Source: an uncultured Burkholderiales bacterium
GTDB lineage: Bacteria; Pseudomonadota; Gammaproteobacteria; Burkholderiales; REEB80
Assembly: GCA_964473355.1 (NCBI GenBank)
Contig: CAYYOS010000001.1
Span: 1 to 60,492, forward strand
Length of the DNA: 60,492 nucleotides
Direction: 5' to 3'
Part shown: piece by piece, positions 21,385 to 29,498 of the stretch
How the letters are laid out: each line of letters starts with the position of its first letter
Position numbering within the stretch: position 1 is the stretch's first letter
Program-made: the position numbers and the translations under genes
The notes under the pieces: model-generated
Told to the model about the DNA's origin: nothing
The model's database searches: none
What the model saw: the letters and a program-made list of their open reading frames with translations, nothing else

Positions 21385-21468
21385 AAACCCACTTCATTTC
21401 TGACGCCGGTAGATAAAGATGCGGCTGAGAGTGAACGGTAGATGGATTCTCCGGGAAATAGCGTGCGG
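21385..21468 (-). pseudogene. 84-bp stub of a third DUF2235 toxin C-terminal copy
   Basis: Minus-strand translation is RTLFPGESIYRSLSAASLSTGVRNEVG. It is about 89% nucleotide-identical (by eye) to 22367-22450 and homologous to Rhs residues RGAAVAFPLESIMGRASPAGVTRIERGF. The homology ends 9 bp from the vapC stop. Confidence 0.7.
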
Positions 21469-21475
21469 GTCAAAC

Positions 21476-21994
21476 CTATCGCCATTTATAGACGGCCCAC
21501 TTCATTGAAACGTCATCGTCCTTAAAGGTAAACGTTAGCTGCAACAGTTTGTTTTTAGGATCAGCGTGGACTTCTTGCAGGGCTGCATCGGGGATGACCG
21601 TGAGGTCGATCGTTTTATGGTACCGTTTGCCTTGAGCGAGGAACTGATCGTAACCCGCGTCGACCGTATGTTCACCAAGTCCCGTTAACCACTCAAAACT
21701 TATCGATGGGGGGAATTTTTTAAAGCCATCGGCTCCGACTAAGGCCATTGTTTTTGGACCCCGTTTAGAAACAAACCCTCCATTTCTACGTTCTAAGCTG
21801 CCCCCGCGGTCTAGAGGCGGATAGGTAATGAAGAGAACGTAAACTTCCTGCCCTGTAGACTCTAGATTCATCTCCGTCCCCACCATCGGGCGCTTGGAAG
21901 CAGCGCTGCAGCCGCCTAACGTCATCAGACTAAAGATGCTCACCAGCAAAAGTCTTAATAAGCCATATCGAGACCATAATTCGTTTTTAACCAT
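21476..21994 (-). CDS. lipoprotein, candidate immunity protein for the orphan toxin half
   Basis: 172 aa. Signal peptide with lipobox (SLMTLGG|C). Lies directly downstream of, and overlapping, the orphan toxin fragment. Shares FP..(x)..W..G and L.F.FKDD.V...W.V blocks with the 22733-23341 protein. Confidence 0.5.
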   Translation of the reverse strand: MVKNELWSRYGLLRLLLVSIFSLMTLGGCSAASKRPMVGTEMNLESTGQEVYVLFITYPPLDRGGSLERRNGGFVSKRGPKTMALVGADGFKKFPPSISFEWLTGLGEHTVDAGYDQFLAQGKRYHKTIDLTVIPDAALQEVHADPKNKLLQLTFTFKDDDVSMKWAVYKWR

Positions 21995-22494
21995 GCCGCA
22001 TAACCTTTCATGTCAATCGTGCCCCGTAATACTTTATCGCCGTGGGCGTCCGCCTTTGCCGTGGGATAGGGCTGTAAATACGAGAGCGAATTGCTGTAGT
22101 TCATACCCGCCACGGGTGCCCCTTTTTGGTCGTAGGAAGCGCCGCCCTGATATCTAAACTTGCGGTCACCCGAATCATCGAATCCGCTGCCGATGGCTTT
22201 TGTGTTGCTGTCGTGCCAAATGGGGTTTTTAACTGAAGTATATTCAGAAGGCAATGCTTTGAGGCTTACACCAGCAAATTTCGCTTGCTGATACATCCAG
22301 CTCAAAGCAACATCAGACAAATCGCCCTCCGCGTATCCCCCGCCAATATCGGAATGCGCGCCAATGAAACCCACTTCATTTCTAACGCCGGTAGCTAAAG
22401 ATGCGGCCGAGGGTGAGCGGGAGATGGATTCTCCGGGGAATAGTGTACGGTGTTCATTGACGGCATCCTGCTCAATTGCTGCTAGACGCGAGCA
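21955..22494 (-). pseudogene. orphan C-terminal half of a DUF2235 (Tle1-like) toxin domain, with no N-terminal half and no canonical start
   Basis: The frame is open for 179 codons (CSRLAAIEQDAVNEHRTLFPGESI...GFIGAHSDIGGGYAEGDL...GTIDMKGYAAWLKTNYGLDMAY). It aligns with the last ~172 aa of the Rhs protein (AVALNEYRGAAVAFPLESI...GFLGSHSDIGGGFPDGDL...GTVDMQGYLSWLNSNGYNINMTIQ). It lacks the FDGTGN and GFSRGA blocks. Confidence 0.75.
22367..22450. repeat. 84-bp direct repeat partner of 21385-21468
   Basis: aaacccacttcatttctaacgccggtagctaaagatgcggccgagggtgagcgggagatggattctccggggaatagtgtacgg versus the stub. About 9 mismatches, same orientation, 982 bp apart. Confidence 0.75.
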
Positions 22495-22732
22495 TCATAG
22501 ATGTTGGGTTCCTTGGAGGCGCGCAGCTAGTTTTCTGGGAATCATATGCCCGGCTTGCGCCAGTCAATATCCTTTCGCCACGCTACATCTTCTGGGTTGC
22601 ATTGGCCGCCGGACATGATGGTGTTGAGTAGGCTTGTGCAGAATGGGATTCTTTTCGTCTGTAATTCTGCTGGCAACGGACTCATTGTGATGCAAGCGCG
22701 CTTCTGCATCCTCGCTTATACAAACGACCAAA

Positions 22733-23341
22733 TCACTTTCTAATCCACGCCGGGTTATACCAAGAAGCTTTTTCCAGCGGGCCGTCGGTGCAATTGGGAT
22801 GGGATTGATAAGGACTGGTCTCACATGGAAAGTCACCGCCGTGTAGGGAATAGACCCAGCCCGCCCCGGGGGCTGATTCCTGCACATCCCACGCTAACAG
22901 CACACCATCGTCCTTAATACGGAACTGTAGCCGTATCGTGCCCCTCCCGGATGCGACATATTCAAACACCTCTGTAGGAATTCGGCTTAATACTTCTACC
23001 CTATAATTGCCGGCAATTTTGCCGGTTGTCCAATATAAGCCCGCCGCTTGGTCGGTACCCTCACGCCACGTCACATCCACCCAGCGGGGAAAGGGTGCGT
23101 TGCCTAGGCCAAATATCCCCCCATTTTTTGGGTTTAATAGCGCTGGTCCGAATAAGCGATATCCGGAATCAGAAACTGCCTGAACACCCTCCTTATTAGA
23201 TGCCCCTTTCGCAAGTTCATAGGTAACGACTATACCCCCCGCACGCCGTAGTTGGCGATCTGATTCGGGTTTGCCCGCATGGGCGCCGCCCGCTAACCAC
23301 GCGAATAAACTGACCATAAGCAACACGCCCATCGTATTCAT
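22733..23341 (-). CDS. secreted protein, candidate cognate immunity protein of the Rhs DUF2235 toxin
   Basis: About 202 aa from the ATG at 23341 (a GTG at 23353 is also possible). Sec signal peptide (MNTMGVLLMVSLFAWLAGGAHA|G). Starts 8 bp after the Rhs stop. Paralogous to the 21476-21994 lipoprotein. Confidence 0.5.
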   Translation of the reverse strand: MNTMGVLLMVSLFAWLAGGAHAGKPESDRQLRRAGGIVVTYELAKGASNKEGVQAVSDSGYRLFGPALLNPKNGGIFGLGNAPFPRWVDVTWREGTDQAAGLYWTTGKIAGNYRVEVLSRIPTEVFEYVASGRGTIRLQFRIKDDGVLLAWDVQESAPGAGWVYSLHGGDFPCETSPYQSHPNCTDGPLEKASWYNPAWIRK

Positions 23342-23349
23342 TGTTGTCC

Positions 23350-26300
23350 TCACTGAATTGTCATATTGATGTTGTAGCCATTGCTATTTAGCCAACTCAG
23401 ATAGCCTTGCATATCCACGGTGCCGGAAACGCTATCTCTCGAATTCGGGTTAGGTTTGTAAGCAATAAAGGGTTTGGTATCAGCATAGCTCATGCCAAAG
23501 GTTGTGGCGTGGCGTTGCTTATCGGTAGCGCCGTTCGTATAACGCACAGTACGGTCTTCGCTGGTGGCGGTGGGCCCGCCCGATGGTGCGCCAAAAAATA
23601 AATTGCTGCTCTTGTCGTGGAGTACAGGATTAGAGACAATGGATCTTACTGGGTTAGCCATGTTCACCCCAGCGGTCCTAGCCTGATCGACCATCCAAAT
23701 TAGTGCCACTCTGGCAAGATCGCCGTCGGGAAATCCTCCACCGATATCCGAATGCGAGCCAAGAAATCCTCGCTCGATCCGCGTTACCCCAGCAGGACTA
23801 GCCCTCCCCATGATGGATTCTAGGGGAAATGCCACCGCCGCGCCACGATACTCGTTAAGCGCGACGGCTTGCGCAACATAGCGGAAGTTATTAGGGATGT
23901 TGAGCTGATAGCTGCCGGTGTGGGTGCTTAAGACCGTATCGAATAAACCCATAAAGCGGAAGTTGAGTTTTTGGCATTTGGCAACTTCAATACCGTTTAT
24001 ATCTTTTTCGGTGTAGCTGTACCAGCCGTTCCTGGTTTTGGCCGCGATCCGGTTGGCAAATTCGCGTGCTTCAGCGGCGCCCCGGCTAAACCCCGTGATA
24101 TCGACATCGAAGGCGGTTTCGTCATTCACAGAACTTGAATAATCGCCTAAATACTTAATCATCGCCATAATGCGCGCGGGGCCCGTATAGGCTCTAGCAA
24201 TATCCCCGACACCACCGATATCCCAGGGGGCCGGGCCAATCCCCGTGGCGGGGTCTAAAGTGCCCGGACCCGTGATGTAGAAAGGCTGTCCATCCTGATA
24301 GAGGTCACGAAATTTCACCACATTAGACAACGTAGCATGATTACTTTCATCATTCCCCGTCCCATCAAACGCAAACAATATCAACCCATAGGGATCGATG
24401 TAACTTAAGGGGTTATTGTTGACGTAAGCATAAGCATTCGGGCTGCCGAGTTGTGCTGCTAACTTGCCTAAGGGATCGGGCGTAAGATAGCGACCGGCTT
24501 TGGGATCGTAATAACGCGCGTCGTTGTAATACAATCCGGATTCTTGGTCTTCCCACTGTCCGGGCAAGCGCAGTGCAAGATGGTAGGCGGCAGGCTGTGC
24601 TTGGGCGGGGGCACGGCTTAGCGCGCTGGTTTTAATCAACTTGCCATAGGGCGCATAGTCGGCCTGCCAAAGTGTTTGCCCTTGTGCGTTCGTCGCGGCG
24701 ATCGGTGCACCCAAATGATTTCCATGGACAAAGGCGAGGCGGTCGGCGTCGCCGCTTAATTCCCGCCACATGAGCTGGGCGGTTTGTCTTAAGTTGTGCG
24801 CAAATCCCTCAACCGGCGCCTGCAGTGCTTTAGGCTGTTTCGCATCCAGTGTGGCCACCAGTCGATCGCCCAGCCAGATGTACTGGCGGGTGATCTGTCC
24901 TTGTGTGTTTAGGTCAGCCAAGCGCTGGCGCGCTTCGTTGTAAAGGGTGTATTCCGTTTGTGCTCCACTTTCCTTACTTATTCTTAAGCCCCGGTAGTTG
25001 TACCGGTAGCGAGCAATGTCTTTGCCCTGCTCTCGAATGGCGGTGAGTTGGCCTAAGGCATTCCAGACGTAGTCACGACCCAACGCCGACTGCGTTATCA
25101 ATACATTGCTCTGCGGGTGGTAATTGGTTTTGCGAGTTTGGCCCATTTCATTCACCGGCACGTGTTCTTGCGCTAACACGCGGTTGCCCTGACTATCGTA
25201 GTTGTAGCGCCACACACTAGCGTTGTTAATTCCCGCGCTGCTTTGTGAAACCGGTATCGGTGCCGGCAGAGTGTTGGGGAGTGTGGCTTGTGCGGCTATC
25301 AACTGGTTTTGGCTGTCGTAGGCATAGGCTTGGGTGGCCTGAATACCGTGACCTTGTTGTTTTTGTAAAAGCACGTTGCCCGCTTCGTCGTAGAGCAATC
25401 GGGCATCAAACAGAGCTTGTCGGTTGGCAGGGATACCGAGTGCGCCGGGAAATTTATTTGGAGCTTGCGCATGTGCTTCCGGTAAGACGGCACCCAAGAG
25501 TTCGCGTAGGTAATAAGGGCTAGAGGAGGGCGGCGATACGGCCGCCATTTTCAGTGGCTGCGCGCTTATGTCTCTGGGCTGTGTGTAGACCACGCGTGCC
25601 AGTACACCTGCTTTGCTTCGTTGCCATTGGCCTTGGACGCCATTTCCGTAAGTCGTGCTGCGTAGACCAATTAAATCGCGTTCCAAGTCTTTAACAATGG
25701 TTTGCCGACCCCAGCCGAAGAAGGCCAAGGGGCGCATTTGCTGGCTCAAAGCGATGATCTGGCCTTGCCCGTTGCGCTCGTAAATTACTTTAGTCCCGTC
25801 GGGCAAGCTCTCGCTGGCTAGGGCGCCATCAGCCGCGTAAGCGTAGCGCGTGACATGGGTAGCCTCAGCGCCATTGACAAGTTTGAGGGTAACAGTTTTT
25901 ATGACGGGCTGTCCGCGTTCGTTATAATGGATACGTTCGGACTGATTGGGATGTTTGACTTCGATGAGGCGGCCGTGCTCATAGCGCCAAGTCGTCGTTT
26001 GCGCTTCGCCGGTTTTTGGCAGGACGGTGTAGCGGACGCGTTGGCCGGCTAGGTCATAGGCATAGTGGTGTACATCCCCTAGAGTATTGGCCTGTTCCAC
26101 TAATTGATTAGCCGCGTTATAACGGTTGATGATGCTGCCATGACTCACGCTGATCGTGGCCACAACCCGGCCAAAGTCATCCATTATGGTTTGAAATGAC
26201 GACGTGTTAGGAACGTGGTTGGTGGGAGATTTGTCATAGGCCACTTGACGTACGAAGCCTGTATTGTCTACTACCTGTACCAAGCGGTTGAGGTGGTCAT

Positions 26301-28632
26301 AACGGTAATGTTCGGATTGTGCGAAGCTCTTCGTGCTGACTGTGCTGCTTAGGAGATGGCCTTCCGTGTCGTACTGCGCGCGTTTCAGGATACCCAGCGC
26401 CTCGGCCTGCCACAGCAGGCGACCACTCACGTCGAAGGCCTGCCGGGTTTGCGGGCGATAGGTTTGGTAAGCTTTATCCTTGCTCCCATTGCCGTTATTG
26501 AAGTCACCCATCCCTGTCTCAATTCTATTGCCTAAGGCATCGTATTTAAAACTATGTACTACGGGTTGGATGCCCGCTTGCGCCCAATTCGCACCGCTGC
26601 TAATGAGGCGGATGAGTTGGCTTCTGGCGTCATAGTCAAAAATGGTTTTGAAGCCCTGAGCATTACTCACTGCCGCAGTACGCCCCACCTCATCGTATTG
26701 CATCGTATTAGTAAAGCCACCGGGGGTGGTCATGGTGGTGATAAAACTCCCCCGCCCATCCCACTCATACCTCGTAATATCCGAATCCTTGGGACTATTC
26801 GTCGGTCCATTCTTAAGCGGCCCATCCACTTCCACCAAGAGACTTCGACGATTGATAAGATGATAGCGGTAGCGGGTGGTGCGAGTGATGGGCGTCGCCT
26901 CTCCATCGCTGGTGCTCACCGCGTCGCCACGCTGGCGAAGTGAGGCCTGGTAAGCCGCCGCGCCTTCTTGTTTGGCATGGGTGGGGGTTAAGGCGTGAGG
27001 CCCGCGGTTTAATTGCGATGGCAGGCCGTTCGTTGAGGCACGCACGTGTTGTAACCCCATGACCGGTTTAAATTCTGGCAGTACTGGCGCATAGCCACTT
27101 TCAGTAATCTCTGTTGGCTGGCCCCGCTCATTATAGGTAATCCGGGTGGTGACTTCTTTACCCGGTATCACACTCGGCCGGGCAATGAGAATGGGACTTA
27201 AGTTAAGTCTTATCAAGCTATCCTGGGTGTCGGATTTATTTGCTTGCGCGGGTGCATGCATCGCATACTCAACGCGCACTTGCCGTTGGGGTTTGCCGGG
27301 TTTGCCATTGGTGTACGCTAGACGGCTGATGGAAAGTGTTCTGCCATATCGATCCAATTCCATTATGTTCGAGTGTATGGCTTGGCCTTGGGTGTCCAGT
27401 TTCGTCGTCTTAATTAACCGCCCCAGATCATCATAGCCATAGCGCACGTTGACTTCGCCGCAGGAGGCGCAACCCACGCCTGCTACTTCTATTAAGCGAT
27501 ATTCGTTGCCGATTACGCCGTGCTTATAGTTGGTCTTTTGTCCCAAGCTATTGGTTAATAGCGTGGTCGCCGTTTGGCCTTCTATCACACTGTTGCTGCT
27601 ATATTGCAGACGCACCTGCTCAATACCTGCTTGTCCCGGTTTTGGTTTTTCTCCCCGGTAACTTAGCACAGCCCGACCTTGATGGTCATAGTCCCAAGTA
27701 CTCAAACGCTGCGTAGTAGGCTTACTGTTGCCGGTGCTCTGAAGGCTTATTCCCGTTAACAGCGTGGGCTGGTTTACGTCTTCGTAATGGTAATGACGGC
27801 GAACGCCGGGGGCGTTCGGTAACCCAGGGAAAGTGACTGCAGTCAGGTTACCCACTTGGGCGCCATCGTTGGGATGTTGATAAACAAAGCGTCCGACGGG
27901 ACTAGTTATGGCGGTAATGCCACTAAACCCAGTGGCGTTGTTGGGGGCATATTCCAAGCGTAACTGGCGGCCTTGGGGATCCGTGACCTTGACGAGCAGC
28001 CCCTGGGGGTTGCGCGTTAAGTGTAAGGCTTCACCGCTGGGGGCAACAATTTGGGTGAGCTTGCCTTGGTGGTTAAACGTCAAGCGCCGCCCATTTGCCC
28101 AGTCCCACGTATATTCTTCCCCATAAGCGCTTTTGCGAATGTGTATTTGCCCATGGGCGGGATCTTGACTGGCGCATTGATTCGGATTTTTAGGATCGCG
28201 GATAAAGATAAGGCGCGTGCCATCGGCTTGCATCACTTGTAAGGTATTGCGAACAGCATAAAGATCAGTTTCATAGGATAGCCGCCAACCCCGGCCGATG
28301 CTGCCCATCGCACCATTAGGCTTAGCGTAGGCGCTGTTGTAGTGGCGAATAATCTCTAAGCCCAGCACACCGGGCAGCGGGGGCATATCCACTTCTTGCT
28401 GGTATTTGTTCCCGCTCACGACATTAATCGGGTTGCCCGCACCCAGATTGGTTTGACTTTGATTGCCAAGGCTTGCAGGACCCGTGCCCTCGCAGGGTGC
28501 GCCGCCCGGACTCGGTCCGCAGGTGGCGGGGGTAGCTTGCGCTAAGGCAGCACCGGGGGTGACTAAGCTGGTAATTAAGAGGAGTGTGTTGAGAAGACGG
28601 CGTGACATAGACGTTAACTTAAGTTTCTTCAT
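23350..28632 (-). CDS. Rhs/YD-repeat polymorphic toxin with N-terminal Sec signal peptide and C-terminal DUF2235 lipase-like domain
   Basis: Start set to the ATG at 28632 (MKKLKLTSMSRRLLNTLLLITSLVTPGAALA|QA). GNPINVVSGNKYQQEVD plug motif, dozens of YD repeats (YDxxGR/YxYDxxGN), and the Rhs core end HLGAPIAATNAQGQTLWQADYAPYG...GLYYNDARYYDPKAGRYLTPDP...NNPLSYIDPYGL. Confidence 0.9.
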   Translation of the reverse strand: MKKLKLTSMSRRLLNTLLLITSLVTPGAALAQATPATCGPSPGGAPCEGTGPASLGNQSQTNLGAGNPINVVSGNKYQQEVDMPPLPGVLGLEIIRHYNSAYAKPNGAMGSIGRGWRLSYETDLYAVRNTLQVMQADGTRLIFIRDPKNPNQCASQDPAHGQIHIRKSAYGEEYTWDWANGRRLTFNHQGKLTQIVAPSGEALHLTRNPQGLLVKVTDPQGRQLRLEYAPNNATGFSGITAITSPVGRFVYQHPNDGAQVGNLTAVTFPGLPNAPGVRRHYHYEDVNQPTLLTGISLQSTGNSKPTTQRLSTWDYDHQGRAVLSYRGEKPKPGQAGIEQVRLQYSSNSVIEGQTATTLLTNSLGQKTNYKHGVIGNEYRLIEVAGVGCASCGEVNVRYGYDDLGRLIKTTKLDTQGQAIHSNIMELDRYGRTLSISRLAYTNGKPGKPQRQVRVEYAMHAPAQANKSDTQDSLIRLNLSPILIARPSVIPGKEVTTRITYNERGQPTEITESGYAPVLPEFKPVMGLQHVRASTNGLPSQLNRGPHALTPTHAKQEGAAAYQASLRQRGDAVSTSDGEATPITRTTRYRYHLINRRSLLVEVDGPLKNGPTNSPKDSDITRYEWDGRGSFITTMTTPGGFTNTMQYDEVGRTAAVSNAQGFKTIFDYDARSQLIRLISSGANWAQAGIQPVVHSFKYDALGNRIETGMGDFNNGNGSKDKAYQTYRPQTRQAFDVSGRLLWQAEALGILKRAQYDTEGHLLSSTVSTKSFAQSEHYRYDHLNRLVQVVDNTGFVRQVAYDKSPTNHVPNTSSFQTIMDDFGRVVATISVSHGSIINRYNAANQLVEQANTLGDVHHYAYDLAGQRVRYTVLPKTGEAQTTTWRYEHGRLIEVKHPNQSERIHYNERGQPVIKTVTLKLVNGAEATHVTRYAYAADGALASESLPDGTKVIYERNGQGQIIALSQQMRPLAFFGWGRQTIVKDLERDLIGLRSTTYGNGVQGQWQRSKAGVLARVVYTQPRDISAQPLKMAAVSPPSSSPYYLRELLGAVLPEAHAQAPNKFPGALGIPANRQALFDARLLYDEAGNVLLQKQQGHGIQATQAYAYDSQNQLIAAQATLPNTLPAPIPVSQSSAGINNASVWRYNYDSQGNRVLAQEHVPVNEMGQTRKTNYHPQSNVLITQSALGRDYVWNALGQLTAIREQGKDIARYRYNYRGLRISKESGAQTEYTLYNEARQRLADLNTQGQITRQYIWLGDRLVATLDAKQPKALQAPVEGFAHNLRQTAQLMWRELSGDADRLAFVHGNHLGAPIAATNAQGQTLWQADYAPYGKLIKTSALSRAPAQAQPAAYHLALRLPGQWEDQESGLYYNDARYYDPKAGRYLTPDPLGKLAAQLGSPNAYAYVNNNPLSYIDPYGLILFAFDGTGNDESNHATLSNVVKFRDLYQDGQPFYITGPGTLDPATGIGPAPWDIGGVGDIARAYTGPARIMAMIKYLGDYSSSVNDETAFDVDITGFSRGAAEAREFANRIAAKTRNGWYSYTEKDINGIEVAKCQKLNFRFMGLFDTVLSTHTGSYQLNIPNNFRYVAQAVALNEYRGAAVAFPLESIMGRASPAGVTRIERGFLGSHSDIGGGFPDGDLARVALIWMVDQARTAGVNMANPVRSIVSNPVLHDKSSNLFFGAPSGGPTATSEDRTVRYTNGATDKQRHATTFGMSYADTKPFIAYKPNPNSRDSVSGTVDMQGYLSWLNSNGYNINMTIQ
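23353..24381 (-). other. C-terminal toxin domain of the Rhs protein: DUF2235 / Tle1-like alpha/beta-hydrolase (343 aa after DPYGL)
   Basis: ILFAFDGTGND..., DITGFSRGAAEAREF (GxSxG-type nucleophile elbow), GLFDTV and GSHSDIGGGF are hallmark blocks of DUF2235. The DPYGL cleavage motif is at 24382-24396. Confidence 0.75.
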
Positions 28633-29498
28633 GAAGATTTGCCTGGCTCCAGGGAGCGAAGCGCGGTACTTTTTTGGGTCGGTAGACAACAATAATTATT
28701 CCCGCAGCCCGGATCGCAGGAGGCATCAAATTGACTGCAGCCCGGTGGCCGGGGTGGCGCAGGTCCTGCCTCCCCGGGCTCAGGCTCGGGATTTCCCGGT
28801 CCCCCGGGGCTGCCTGTCGTTCCCGGATCATCTTGATTGGCACCGGGGTTAGAGCGGTAGGCGGCGTGTTCATAAGCCGGACTTTGCATCCTAACTACGG
28901 CATGCGCCACAATGGGGATGCGGCCGGCTTGGTAATAAGCGCGGTGCTCGGGGTTTAAGGTGCCAAGCACTGTAAGGAAGGGTCTTGCGATGGAAAAAGG
29001 CTTATAGCCATAGATCACCCGAATCTTAAGGAGATTCGCGTCTTGAATATTAACGCCGGAGTGATTTGAGACTGAAGCGGGTCGAAAGCTTAAGTTGTCA
29101 TTGGGGATTTGCCGGATATTGTTCTCAGTAATGGCGTAATCGGCAAAGGCTTCTTTAGTGGGCGAGAGGATTTGAATGGTGGCGTGAGTGGATAAGTCTG
29201 CTTGTGCTTTAATAAAAGAAGTCAGGATGGCACTACTGGTTTTACCACCCCCGTATAAGGGAATAAGACCACGAGCTAAACCTTTTTGTATGGGTTCAAG
29301 CCGAGCATTCTCGAGGGCACCGGCTCTAGCCGCTTCAAACGTGGCGTAATTAAGTAGACTCTTACCCATCATCACAAAGCCTGCTTGGATCATGGCTAAA
29401 GTCAGACCGAGGATTATGGGGATGACGATGACGAATTCGACTAAGGAGGCGCCGAGGAGATTTTTACTGGCGTTACTTGTTATTCGAGTTCTCCCCAT
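28629..29498 (-). CDS. TadE/TadG-like pseudopilin-type protein with Pro/Gly-rich, Cys-rich C-terminal tail
   Basis: N-terminus NLLG|ASLVEFVIVIPIILGL (G at -1, E at +5, hydrophobic helix) followed by FEAARAG, as in the TadE-like domain. The tail is PGGPGNPEPEPGEAGPAPPRPPGCSQFDASCDPGCGNNYCC. The stop TGA overlaps the Rhs ATG (ATGA at 28629-28632). Confidence 0.6.
   Translation of the reverse strand: MGRTRITSNASKNLLGASLVEFVIVIPIILGLTLAMIQAGFVMMGKSLLNYATFEAARAGALENARLEPIQKGLARGLIPLYGGGKTSSAILTSFIKAQADLSTHATIQILSPTKEAFADYAITENNIRQIPNDNLSFRPASVSNHSGVNIQDANLLKIRVIYGYKPFSIARPFLTVLGTLNPEHRAYYQAGRIPIVAHAVVRMQSPAYEHAAYRSNPGANQDDPGTTGSPGGPGNPEPEPGEAGPAPPRPPGCSQFDASCDPGCGNNYCCLPTQKSTALRSLEPGKSS

Noticed and set aside
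22498-22732. Possible further upstream (N-terminal half) remnant of the orphan DUF2235 toxin between the immunity gene stop and the orphan frame. This includes the ORFs at 22564-22887 (minus) and 22364-22743 (plus).
   Set aside because: I translated all three minus-strand frames by hand. None shows the FDGTGN, GFSRGA or GLFDTV blocks, and the orphan frame is closed by a TGA at 22495-22497. The listed ORFs overlap real genes and have no recognisable motifs.
28463-28873. ORFs at 28463-28852 (+), 28619-28873 (-) and 28731-28958 (+) around the TadE-like / Rhs junction.
   Set aside because: These are shadow frames of the GC-rich, Pro/Gly-coding tail of the TadE-like gene and the Rhs signal peptide region. 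They overlap two well-supported genes.
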